Positions 22,450 to 31,631 of a DNA stretch of 64,000 bases are shown one piece after another. The notes under the pieces were generated by a model. The model was not told where the DNA came from, did not search any database, and saw only the letters and a list, made by a program, of their open reading frames with translations. Position numbers and translations under genes: made by a program. Position 1 is the stretch's first letter. Every line of letters begins with the position of its first letter. Source of the DNA: Bacteroidales bacterium UBA1402 (lineage in GTDB: Bacteria; Bacteroidota; Bacteroidia; Bacteroidales; UBA1402); contig DBQE01000009.1 of the NCBI GenBank assembly GCA_002305085.1, positions 20,835 to 84,834 on the forward strand, given 5' to 3'.

Positions 22450-24690
22450 TTACCTGTCGCGATTTGAATCCGGACGGCGACGACCACCCCTGCCTCTACC
22501 GGCATCGTCGCCTCCCTGACGCTTATCCGGTCTGGGGCGACGCTCCCTTTCGGGGCGTTCTTCGTATCCTTCGGGTTTCTCGAGCAATGCCTTGTGAGAT
22601 AATTTGAATTTTCCGGTTTTGGGATCTATGTCGAGCAACTTCACATCTATCTCGTCCCCTTCTTGCAGTCCGGCTTCTTCAATAGCTTCCAGGCGCTTCC
22701 AGGTAATCTCGGAAATATGCAGTAATCCGTCTTTTCCGGGCATAAATTCAACAAAGGCTCCATATGGCATGATGGAACGGACTTTACCCCGGTAAACTTC
22801 TCCGGGTTCCGGCATAGCCACAATGCTTTTAATTTTCATTATGGCGGCGTCTATACTGGCTTTGTTGACGGCAGCAATTTCTACCCTACCCTGGTTGTCA
22901 ATCTCATCAATAGTAATGATGGCACCGGTTTCTTCCTGCATTCCCTGAATAATCTTTCCACCCGGGCCAATAACTGCACCAATAAATTCTTTGGGTATCC
23001 ACATAAGTTCAATGCGAGGCGCATTGGGTTTGAGTTCGGGGCGGGGAGCCGGCATAGTTTCAGTAATCTTACCGAGGATATGCATACGGCCTTCGCGAGC
23101 CTGCATCAAAGCCTTTTCCAGTATTTCGTAAGGCAGTCCGTCCACTTTGATATCCATTTGAGTAGCCGTAATGCCGTCCTTGGTTCCTGTTACCTTAAAA
23201 TCCATGTCTCCCAAATGGTCTTCGTCTCCCAAAATATCCGACAAGATGGCGAATTTTTTGTTATCGGTAATGAGCCCCATGGCAATACCGGAAACCGGTT
23301 TCTTTATAGGTACCCCTGCATCCATCAGGGCCAGGGTTCCGGCACATACCGTAGCCATGGACGAAGAACCGTTCGACTCCAAAATATCGGAAACCACGCG
23401 GATTACATAGGGATATTCTTCGGGTAACATTCTTTTCAAGGCACGATGGGCCAAATTGCCGTGACCGATCTCGCGACGTCCCACCCCGCGGCTGGCACGG
23501 GCTTCGCCAGTTGAAAAGGGAGGAAAGTTATAATGTAACAGAAATCTTTCGGTGCTTTGGTTCAGAGCATCGTCTACAATTTTTTCGTCCAGTTTGGTTC
23601 CCAGAGTAACCGAAGTGAGCGATTGGGTTTCCCCACGAGTAAAAATGGCAGAACCATGACAGCCGGGTAGACAATCTATTTCTGACCAAATGGGGCGAAT
23701 TTCTGTGGTCGTTCTGCCATCCAGGCGTTTGCCTTCGTCAAGAATACTGCGACGCATGGCTTCTTTTTCCACTTCATGGTAATAACGGGAAATCATCTCG
23801 GCTTTTTCCAAAGCTGTTTCTTCGTCCATAGCGGCTATATATTCTTCGTATATCGCCTTGAAGTTGGCTTCTCTCTGATGTTTGTCGGGATTGGCCGAAG
23901 TGGCTTCTGCGTAAGCCTTGGCATAAGTTTTATCCCAAATATCCTTGCGCAACTCTTCGTCGTTTTCTTCGTGACAATACTCGCGTTTAACGGTTTTACC
24001 GGCCAATTCAGCCAACTCAAGCTGGGCACGGCATTGGACTTTGATAGCTTCGTGTGCAATTTTGAGTGCCTCGAGCAAATCACTTTCTTGCACCTCGCTC
24101 ATCTCTCCTTCAACCATCATGATATTCTCCAGAGTGGCACCTACCACAATATCCATGTCGGCTTTTTTGAGTTCAGCCGAAGTGGGATTCAATTTAAATT
24201 GTCCGTCAATACGAGCTATGCGGACTTCTGAAATGGGACCGTTAAAAGGAATATCCGAAACAGCCAAAGCTGCCGAGGCAGCCAGCCCGGCCAAAGCATC
24301 GGGCATATCTCCGTTGCAGTCGTTATCGGCAGAAAAAAGGATCACGTTAACAATGGTATTGGCGTGAAAATCTGCGGGAAACAAGGGGCGTAAAGCCCGG
24401 TCGACTAAGCGTGAGGTCAAAATTTCAGAATCTGAGGGACGTCCCTCTCTTTTAAGAAAACCGCCGGGAAAACGTCCCGAGGAGGCGAATTTTTCTCTGT
24501 ATTCAACCTGTAAAGGCATAAAATCGGTTCCGGGAACTGCTTCTTTGTCGGCACAAACAGTAGCCAGCAATACAATATTGTTCATGCGGACAACTACAGA
24601 GCCGTCTGCCTGTTTGGCTAATTTACCGGTTTCAATGGTAATGGTCCTTCCATCACCCAATTCAATTGTTTTGACAATCGGTGTCATCAT
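22450..24690 (-). CDS. pnp: Polyribonucleotide nucleotidyltransferase
   Basis: [36 protein letters not shown] and S1 domains; start moved to ATG 24690. Confidence 0.97.
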   Translation of the reverse strand: MMTPIVKTIELGDGRTITIETGKLAKQADGSVVVRMNNIVLLATVCADKEAVPGTDFMPLQVEYREKFASSGRFPGGFLKREGRPSDSEILTSRLVDRALRPLFPADFHANTIVNVILFSADNDCNGDMPDALAGLAASAALAVSDIPFNGPISEVRIARIDGQFKLNPTSAELKKADMDIVVGATLENIMMVEGEMSEVQESDLLEALKIAHEAIKVQCRAQLELAELAGKTVKREYCHEENDEELRKDIWDKTYAKAYAEATSANPDKHQREANFKAIYEEYIAAMDEETALEKAEMISRYYHEVEKEAMRRSILDEGKRLDGRTTTEIRPIWSEIDCLPGCHGSAIFTRGETQSLTSVTLGTKLDEKIVDDALNQSTERFLLHYNFPPFSTGEARASRGVGRREIGHGNLAHRALKRMLPEEYPYVIRVVSDILESNGSSSMATVCAGTLALMDAGVPIKKPVSGIAMGLITDNKKFAILSDILGDEDHLGDMDFKVTGTKDGITATQMDIKVDGLPYEILEKALMQAREGRMHILGKITETMPAPRPELKPNAPRIELMWIPKEFIGAVIGPGGKIIQGMQEETGAIITIDEIDNQGRVEIAAVNKASIDAAIMKIKSIVAMPEPGEVYRGKVRSIMPYGAFVEFMPGKDGLLHISEITWKRLEAIEEAGLQEGDEIDVKLLDIDPKTGKFKLSHKALLEKPEGYEERPERERRPRPDKRQGGDDAGRGRGGRRRPDSNRDR

Positions 24691-24755
24691 AAAAATTTTC
24701 TTTAAATTGTCTCTGTGGGCCTTCATCGCCCATTTTAATCACTATAAAAATCCCG

Positions 24756-24784
24756 CAAATGTAAGGAAAAATTCACTACTTTTG
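24756..24784. promoter_or_regulatory. Back-to-back -7 boxes for pnp (minus, 24756-24763) and the NSS transporter (plus, 24777-24784)
   Basis: TACATTTG (minus) and TACTTTTG (plus), both matching TAnnTTTG. Confidence 0.6.
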
Positions 24785-24867
24785 CCGCTTTATTGCAATT
24801 AATTCTCAATGAATCAGCTCTGAGTTTTTGAAAGTTAGTTTATGACTGTTCAAAAATTGTAAGCACT

Positions 24868-26703
24868 ATGAGTAAGACACAAGCAAAAGAAGCCTGGGGC
24901 ACCCGATTAGGACTAATCCTTGCCATGGCAGGAAATGCCGTTGGACTGGGCAATTTTCTACGTTTCCCGATTCAGGCCATACAAAACGGAGGAGGAGCTT
25001 TCATCATTCCCTATCTTGTTTCATTCGTACTCTTGGGTATCCCTCTGATGTTGGTGGAATGGAGTACCGGCAGGTATGCGGGCCTCCGGGGACATCATTC
25101 TTCCCCTTTTGTGCTTCAAAGCCTCGACAAGCGACCCTATTGGAAATACATTGGAGTCATCGGCCTTTTTTCTAACATCGTGATTGCTTCGTACTATTGC
25201 TACATCGAAAGCTGGACACTCTCTTATGTCTACCACTCCATAATACGCACCTTCGACGGAATGACCGAAATACAGGTCTCCGACTTCTTCGACGATTACC
25301 TAAGAATAAGCACCTCAACCACAGGCATCCCCTACGAATCAATTCTTTTTTATATCCTTTGCCTGAGCATCAATGTTTGGATACTGAGCCAGACCCTCCG
25401 CAAAGGCATAGAAAGAGCAGCCAAATTTTTCATGCCCCTGTTGATATTATTCGGTCTTTTTCTGGTAGTAAAAATAGTCACTATCAAAGCCGGTGAACAG
25501 GGGGCAATTTACGATGGCTGGGTAGGTCTGGAGTTTTTATGGACGCCCGATCTCAAGTCTTTATCCGATCCCAAGGTATGGCTATCGGCCGCCGGCCAGA
25601 TATTTTTTACCCTATCGCTGGGTATGGGCTGCATACAATGCTATGCTTCTTACCTGAAAGAAAATGATGATGTGGTACTCAACTCTATGACAGCCGGTTT
25701 TATGAACGAATTCGTCGAAATTGTCATCGGCGGATCCATCATCATTCCCATTTCCATCGGTTATTTTGGCATAGACAAAGTGATGGATTTGTGCCAGATC
25801 GGAGGTTTTGGTCTGGGATTCCGTACTATGCCCTATTTGTTTGAACAATGGGGAGATGTCCTGGCCAGTTTGGCGGGGATAGCCTTTTTCGGCTTACTGT
25901 TCGGGGCAGGAATTACTTCCTCATTGGCTATGGGGGCACCAATTGTCGGCTTTTTAAAAGATAATTTCGGCTGGTCGAGAAAAAAAGGAGCACTTGCCTT
26001 CGGCAGCATTATCTTAGCATTTGGAATTCCAACAGTGCTGTTTTTCTCCAAAGGAGTATTCGATGAGTACGATTACTGGGGAGGTACCGTTGCCCTGGTA
26101 CTTTACGCCACTGCCGAAATCATTTTGTTTTCCTGGATTTTTGGAGTTGACCGCGGCTGGAAACTTATTCACCAAGGAGCCGACATGCGTATGCCCGGGA
26201 TTTTTAAATTTATACTCAGGTACATTACTCCCACCATGTTGATACTTATTTTACTAGCCTCTGCAGTAAAACCCAAAAACGACGATTGGAGTTTGTTGAG
26301 TCTGCAGGGTTGGGAACTGGATAAAAACAGCATTATCGGAGAATTGTCGCATAAAGACATCGGCCCCAACAACACATGGTTTGCCAAAGAATACTTCGCC
26401 GAACGCGACGGTTTGGTTCATAAAATTACAGCAACAGGAAAGGGAAATATGCTTGAAATACTGTCTGCCAACACCATTAAGAGCTATCACTTACCAAGCC
26501 GGCACACATTGATGGTTTCAGAAGGAGACAGAATCAAGGCAGGAGATGTGCTTTATAAGGGTAAAATCGTAAATACCGTCTTTTATATTGACAGTGCCAG
26601 AATCGGCTTGTTAATCTTGTTTTTGATGCTTTGTTTTTTTGTTTGGAAAGCCGCCAACAAGAAATCTCATAATTACTTTGATATAGAACAACTAAACCAA
26701 TAA
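24868..26703 (+). CDS. Sodium-dependent transporter, NSS/SNF family, with a soluble insertion in the last loop
   Basis: W..R.G..LAMAGNAVGLGNFLRFP, NGGGAF.IPY, AAGQIFFTLSLG; about 12 TM segments. Confidence 0.92.
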   Translation: MSKTQAKEAWGTRLGLILAMAGNAVGLGNFLRFPIQAIQNGGGAFIIPYLVSFVLLGIPLMLVEWSTGRYAGLRGHHSSPFVLQSLDKRPYWKYIGVIGLFSNIVIASYYCYIESWTLSYVYHSIIRTFDGMTEIQVSDFFDDYLRISTSTTGIPYESILFYILCLSINVWILSQTLRKGIERAAKFFMPLLILFGLFLVVKIVTIKAGEQGAIYDGWVGLEFLWTPDLKSLSDPKVWLSAAGQIFFTLSLGMGCIQCYASYLKENDDVVLNSMTAGFMNEFVEIVIGGSIIIPISIGYFGIDKVMDLCQIGGFGLGFRTMPYLFEQWGDVLASLAGIAFFGLLFGAGITSSLAMGAPIVGFLKDNFGWSRKKGALAFGSIILAFGIPTVLFFSKGVFDEYDYWGGTVALVLYATAEIILFSWIFGVDRGWKLIHQGADMRMPGIFKFILRYITPTMLILILLASAVKPKNDDWSLLSLQGWELDKNSIIGELSHKDIGPNNTWFAKEYFAERDGLVHKITATGKGNMLEILSANTIKSYHLPSRHTLMVSEGDRIKAGDVLYKGKIVNTVFYIDSARIGLLILFLMLCFFVWKAANKKSHNYFDIEQLNQ

Positions 26704-26837
26704 TGAATACGACTGCTTTGTTAATCATGCTGAGTTCACAGATTGGTGTCAGTCTGTTTCTGGCCTATTTTTTGTACCGGATATTTAAAGCCCGGGGCGA
26801 TAAATCTAAACAGAATCGCTCCCAAAATAGCGCATGA
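26703..26837 (+). CDS. 44-aa single-TM protein, probable small subunit of the NSS transporter (MetS-like); not in the ORF track
   Basis: TAATG stop/start overlap; MNTTALLIMLSSQIGVSLFLAYFLYRIFKARGDKSKQNRSQNSA*. Confidence 0.7.
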   Translation: MNTTALLIMLSSQIGVSLFLAYFLYRIFKARGDKSKQNRSQNSA

Positions 26838-27669
26838 CCTTTTGTGAATACCCTTTGGAAACAGGAATGGATTTAACCTTTTCCGAATCAAGGTCAATGT
26901 AAATACCTTCTTTTTCTTTGCGGATTACCTTTACCTTGTCCGAATTGATAATATAGGATCGGTGACAACGCATCAATGAGCTGTTAGCAAAACTTTCCTC
27001 TATGGTTTTGAGCTTACAACGCAATAAATAATTGCACATGGCACCTTTGTTCATGTAGTACACCTTAATGTAATTGTCGTGTGATTCTATATAATAAAGA
27101 TTATCCAGTTTTATGGACAGTTTCAGATTGCCATAATTATCGGTCAAATGGATCAATTCCTTGTCTTTGTTAGCCAATTCATCGTCGGAGACAAAATCTT
27201 TATAATTGAGCAAGCGCAAAGTTCTGTTTTTATCGTTCAGTGCACAATACAAAATAGAAATCGTGTCAGGTATAATCAGGATTACCGAAGTATATAAAAA
27301 TGCCCGGGGGAAAACAGTCCAAAAAGAAGCATCCGTTTGTTCGATAAAGGTAATGGTGACAAAGGTGTAAAGCGTGGTTATCAGTACAATCTCGGCAAAC
27401 AACCAAACGAAAAAACCTAAGAAAGTAAGTTTGAACCACTTTTTACTGTTGAATACCAAGATTCTGCTTAAGATTAAAATCAATGTCGATGCAGCCAAAA
27501 CACCTACGGTGAAGAAAAAAAAGTCGGATTTTCCCAAATCAAACCAGGCTGTGGACGAAAAAGGGGTATAAATATTTAAAAAAATGATGGAAAAAAGTAT
27601 TGTAAACAGCAAAGACCCAAGTATTTGGTTCTTTTGCAACAGGTATGAGGGTACTTTTTGAGTGATCAT
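26806..27669 (-). CDS. Membrane-anchored (4 TM) LytTR-family transcriptional regulator
   Basis: Four hydrophobic segments followed by LYYIES.DNY.KVYY and RCHRSYIIN; ATG 27669 preferred. Confidence 0.88.
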   Translation of the reverse strand: MITQKVPSYLLQKNQILGSLLFTILFSIIFLNIYTPFSSTAWFDLGKSDFFFFTVGVLAASTLILILSRILVFNSKKWFKLTFLGFFVWLFAEIVLITTLYTFVTITFIEQTDASFWTVFPRAFLYTSVILIIPDTISILYCALNDKNRTLRLLNYKDFVSDDELANKDKELIHLTDNYGNLKLSIKLDNLYYIESHDNYIKVYYMNKGAMCNYLLRCKLKTIEESFANSSLMRCHRSYIINSDKVKVIRKEKEGIYIDLDSEKVKSIPVSKGYSQKVMRYFGSDSV

Positions 27670-27709
27670 TTTATCCTGTTTTTGAGCTAATGCAATCAAC
27701 AAACAGAGA

Positions 27710-27833
27710 CAAATGTAAAAACTATTTGGTCACAAATAGCAAGATTTGGCCACCGATATTCATGTTTTCGCCACATTTCCGTTTTTATTCACCACATAAA
27801 CTTGGCCGGGAGCCCATATCAGAGCTACATTTG
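27710..27833. promoter_or_regulatory. Divergent promoters (-7 boxes at 27710-27717 minus and 27826-27833 plus) with four imperfect direct repeats (candidate LytTR operator)
   Basis: TACATTTG on both strands; repeats TTTGGTCACA / TTTGGCCACC / TTTCGCCACA / ATTCACCACA with CAC cores at 27731, 27751, 27772 and 27793. Confidence 0.6.
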
Positions 27834-27859
27834 CGGCCTCAAATTCATGGAAATTAAAA

Positions 27860-28819
27860 ATGAAAATTATAGGAACCGGGAGTTCTTCTCCCTCCCTAAC
27901 CGTCAGCAACGATATGCTGGCCACATTTTTGGATACCAGCGATGAGTGGATCCAAACCAGAACAGGAATAAAAACCAGACAAGTTATTTCGACGGAGCGA
28001 CTGGAAGATTTGGCAGCGCAAGCTTGCTCAATAGCAATTCACGAAGCAGGCATTAAGGCAGAAGATTTAGATTATATCATTTGCTCCAACACACTCAATG
28101 AATACGTGACTCCTGCGCTGAGCTGTATTCTTCAGGGTATGCTGGGAGCCGATTGCCCTTGTATCGACCTTAATGGAGCCTGCGCCGGTTTCATTTACGC
28201 ACTGGATATGGCTGACGCCTTGTTCGAAAGGGGCAACATGGAACATATTCTGGTTGTTTGCGCCGAAGAACCCACCCGCATGGTGGATTGGACCAAACGC
28301 GACACTTGCGTCCTTTTCGGGGATGGAGCCGGAGCTGTAGTCCTTGGTAAAGGGGAAGGTTTTAAATCTTTCAAACTTTCCACTTTCAGCAATACCGAAG
28401 CCTTGTATCAAATCCGCAAATTGCAGGATACACCTTTTATAAAAAGGGAAGAAACAGAAGGAAACGATGCATTGGTAATGAAGGGACAGGACGTTTTTAA
28501 ATTGGCGGTAAACTGTTCTCTGAACGATATCAAAGATGTCTTGAAACTGGCAGGGGTCAAAGCGGACGAGATCGATCATTATTTGCTGCACCAGGCAAAC
28601 ATGAGAATTCTCGACACAATAATGAGGTATTTGGGGCAAAGCGAAAAAAACTTTCCCCACAACATTGAACGCTACGGAAATACCTCGTCGGCCAGCATTC
28701 CCATGTTGCTCGACGAATTGAATAAAAATAATAAATTAAAAACCGGACAAAAACTGGTTTTCAGTGCTTTCGGAGCAGGTTTCACCACGGGTGCCTGTCT
28801 GCTGGAATGGACTATGTAA
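27860..28819 (+). CDS. fabH: 3-oxoacyl-ACP synthase III
   Basis: DTSDEWI.TRTGI; catalytic ACAGF / HQAN / YGNTSSAS. Confidence 0.93.
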   Translation: MKIIGTGSSSPSLTVSNDMLATFLDTSDEWIQTRTGIKTRQVISTERLEDLAAQACSIAIHEAGIKAEDLDYIICSNTLNEYVTPALSCILQGMLGADCPCIDLNGACAGFIYALDMADALFERGNMEHILVVCAEEPTRMVDWTKRDTCVLFGDGAGAVVLGKGEGFKSFKLSTFSNTEALYQIRKLQDTPFIKREETEGNDALVMKGQDVFKLAVNCSLNDIKDVLKLAGVKADEIDHYLLHQANMRILDTIMRYLGQSEKNFPHNIERYGNTSSASIPMLLDELNKNNKLKTGQKLVFSAFGAGFTTGACLLEWTM

Positions 28820-28830
28820 GACGATTTAAT

Positions 28831-29781
28831 ATGATTAAAACTCGAATAAATACCTTACTGGGAATTGAGTTTCCCATTTTGCAGGGGGGCATGGCCTGGA
28901 TTTCAGAATCCAACCTGGCCTCAGCTGTTTCCAATGCCGGAGGTTTGGGGCAAATTTCCTCGATCAATGCCGGTGTCGATGTCGTGAGACAGGAAATTCG
29001 TAAATGCAAAGCAAAAACTTCCAGGCCTTTTGGTGTCAATATAATGCTTATGAGCCCGATTGCCGACGATATTGCCCAAATGGTCATAGAAGAAGAGGTT
29101 CCGGTGGTGACCACCGGAGCCGGTATGCCCGGTAAATATATGAGCGACTGGCTAAATGCCGGTATTAAAGTGATTCCCGTTGTTTCCTCATCGGCCATAG
29201 CCAAACGCATGGAAAATATGGGAGCCTGCGCTGTGATTGCAGAGGGAGGAGAATCGGGAGGACATATCGGCGAAATCAACACTATGGCTTTGGTCCCGCA
29301 AGTATGCAACGCTGTGAGCATCCCAGTGATAGCTGCCGGAGGAATCGCCGACGGCAGGGGTTTTGCCGCCGTACTTATGCTGGGGGCCGAGGGGGTGCAA
29401 TGCGGAACACGCTTTCTGCTTTCCTCGGAATGCATAATCCACGAAAATTACAAAAATAAACTTCTGGCCGCCAAAGATTCAGACACTATCGTCACAGGCA
29501 AAAGCCTGGGACATCCCGTTCGTTCCCTTAAGACTCCCTTTTCCAGGAAGTTTGCCGAAATGGAAAAAGATCCTACCTTTACCACTAAAGACATTATGGA
29601 TTTTGGCACAGGATCGCTTAGAAAAGCTGTACAAGAAGGAGATCAATTAATGGGCAGCTATATGGCAGGACAATGCGTAGGAATGGTCAAGGATATTCTT
29701 CCGGCAAAACAAATTATCGAAGAACTTGTTCATGATGCAAAGCATCTTTTGTCAAATACCAATAAATGGATGGAAAAATGA
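28831..29781 (+). CDS. fabK: Enoyl-ACP reductase II (FMN-dependent; nitronate monooxygenase fold)
   Basis: PILQGGMAW, AVSNAGGLG, EGGESGGH, AAGGIADGRG, MAGQ; fab operon context. Confidence 0.88.
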   Translation: MIKTRINTLLGIEFPILQGGMAWISESNLASAVSNAGGLGQISSINAGVDVVRQEIRKCKAKTSRPFGVNIMLMSPIADDIAQMVIEEEVPVVTTGAGMPGKYMSDWLNAGIKVIPVVSSSAIAKRMENMGACAVIAEGGESGGHIGEINTMALVPQVCNAVSIPVIAAGGIADGRGFAAVLMLGAEGVQCGTRFLLSSECIIHENYKNKLLAAKDSDTIVTGKSLGHPVRSLKTPFSRKFAEMEKDPTFTTKDIMDFGTGSLRKAVQEGDQLMGSYMAGQCVGMVKDILPAKQIIEELVHDAKHLLSNTNKWMEK

Positions 29782-31004
29782 AAAGAGTTGTAATTACCGG
29801 CATGGGAGCCATCTCTCCTGTCGGAAACGATATCCCCACATTTTGGAATAATCTTAAAAACGGAGTCTGCGGAATCGATACTATCCGCAGTTTTTCCACC
29901 GATGATCTGCCGGTAAAGATAGCGGCAGAAGTCAAGGATTTTAAACCGGACTCCTATGGAATAGACGCTGCCACAGCCCGTAAAAACGACCGGTATGCCC
30001 TATTTGCACTAGCCGCCTCCAATCAGGCCATGAAAGACAGCGGTCTTCAAATTGAGCCGGAGCGTCTGGGTGTGTACATAGGATCAGGAATCGGCGGAAT
30101 GAATACCTTTATTGCAGAAACCACCAAAATGATACAAAAAGGCCCGCAATGGATCTCACCGCTTTTTGTGCCAATGATGATATCCAATATTGCCTCGGGC
30201 AATGTCGCCATTGAGCACAACGCACAAGGAGTCTGCCTTCCTATTGTTACAGCCTGTGCCACAGGCACTCACTCCATAGGCGAGGCCTTCAAGGCAATCA
30301 AACACGGCTACGCCGATGCCATCATTACCGGGGGAGCCGAAGCTGCAGTAGTCCCATTGGCTATCGGAGGTTTTGCCAACAGCAGAGCCCTTTCACGCTC
30401 CGAAGACCCCATGCAAGCCTCTCTGCCTTTTGATAAGAGAAGGCAAGGTTTTGTAATCGCCGAAGGTGCCGGCATTCTTGTACTTGAGGAATACGAACAT
30501 GCCCGTGCCAGAGGAGCTAAAATGTACGCTGAAGTGTGCGGTTACGGCAATACCTGCGATGCTTACCACTATACTGCACCCAGACCCGACGGTTCCTCAG
30601 CAGCAAGAGCCATTCGGTTTGCTCTGACTGAAGCCGGTTTTAAAACAGGAGAATTGCTGCACATTAACTCCCACGGAACCGGAACCCCTTTGAACGACAA
30701 ATCGGAAACAGCTGCTATTAAAATAGCTTTGGGCGAAAAGGCCGCCTACAAAGCCATCATCAATTCGACCAAATCCATGACTGGCCATATGTTGGGAGCC
30801 GCCGGAGGAATAGAGCTGATTGCCACAGCTCTGGCTCTGAAAGAGGGTATAATTCCTCCAACAGTACATCTGGATGAACCCGATCCCGAATGCGATCTGG
30901 ATTATACCCCCAATCAGGCTAGAAAAGCCGATATTTCAATTGCTGTTTCCACCTCCCTGGGTTTTGGAGGACACAACGGTTGTATTGCACTTAGAAAAAT
31001 ATAG
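29778..31004 (+). CDS. fabF: 3-oxoacyl-ACP synthase II
   Basis: KRVVITG.G, TACATG, HGTGT, TGHMLGAAG, GFGGHN; ATGA overlap with fabK. Confidence 0.95.
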   Translation: MKRVVITGMGAISPVGNDIPTFWNNLKNGVCGIDTIRSFSTDDLPVKIAAEVKDFKPDSYGIDAATARKNDRYALFALAASNQAMKDSGLQIEPERLGVYIGSGIGGMNTFIAETTKMIQKGPQWISPLFVPMMISNIASGNVAIEHNAQGVCLPIVTACATGTHSIGEAFKAIKHGYADAIITGGAEAAVVPLAIGGFANSRALSRSEDPMQASLPFDKRRQGFVIAEGAGILVLEEYEHARARGAKMYAEVCGYGNTCDAYHYTAPRPDGSSAARAIRFALTEAGFKTGELLHINSHGTGTPLNDKSETAAIKIALGEKAAYKAIINSTKSMTGHMLGAAGGIELIATALALKEGIIPPTVHLDEPDPECDLDYTPNQARKADISIAVSTSLGFGGHNGCIALRKI

Positions 31005-31007
31005 AAC

Positions 31008-31445
31008 ATGAAAAGAGAGGAAATTAAAACGTACATCCCGCACAGGGAACCCATGTTGTTGGTCGATGAAATCAACATCGACGAAAATCACGTTGCACAC
31101 GCCACCTACAAGGTCAGAGGCGATGAATTCTTTTTACAGGGACATTTCCCGGATTTCCCGGTAGTGCCCGGTGTAATCCTGTGCGAAATCATGGCTCAGT
31201 CTTGTTCTCTTCTGGTTGGTGATTTTTTGAAAGGCAAAACCCCTTTCTATGCAGGCATAGATAAAGCCCGCTTCAAATCTTCCGTTTATCCGGGTGATTT
31301 GATAGAAATTACCGCCAAAATTGTGAATCGCCGATCTATGGTCTTTTTTATTGAGGCCGTGGCCAAAGTAAAGGAAAAAATCTGTGTACAGGCCAATTTG
31401 TCCTTTGCCTTGGTCGACAATGCCGATTTGGAACAAAGGAAATAA
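31008..31445 (+). CDS. fabZ: 3-hydroxyacyl-ACP dehydratase (stand-alone)
   Basis: PHREPMLLVD, GHFP..PVVPGVILCEIMAQ, V.PGD. Confidence 0.9.
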   Translation: MKREEIKTYIPHREPMLLVDEINIDENHVAHATYKVRGDEFFLQGHFPDFPVVPGVILCEIMAQSCSLLVGDFLKGKTPFYAGIDKARFKSSVYPGDLIEITAKIVNRRSMVFFIEAVAKVKEKICVQANLSFALVDNADLEQRK

Positions 31446-31507
31446 ATCCTGCCTTGGTGATTTTATCTGTACGCCGATAGAAGTGCAAGGATAATGTTAA
31501 GTACGAC

Positions 31508-31531
31508 CGAAACAAGATTTATCTTGTTTCG
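31508..31531. repeat. Perfect 11-bp inverted repeat with 2-nt spacer between fabZ and dedA
   Basis: CGAAACAAGAT-TT-ATCTTGTTTCG. Confidence 0.75.
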
Positions 31532-31631
31532 CCAAACGTAATTGTCTTTCCAAACGTAGTCCTAAAAACAAAAATTCCCATTAGAAAAATAGCATTATCT
31601 TTGCGGTTTTATTTCTCTCTTGCCCCTGCTT

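Noticed and set aside
31494..31541. 15-codon ORF (MLSTTETRFILFRQT) between fabZ and dedA
   Set aside because: Too short, with no leader-peptide signature; the region is better explained by the palindrome.
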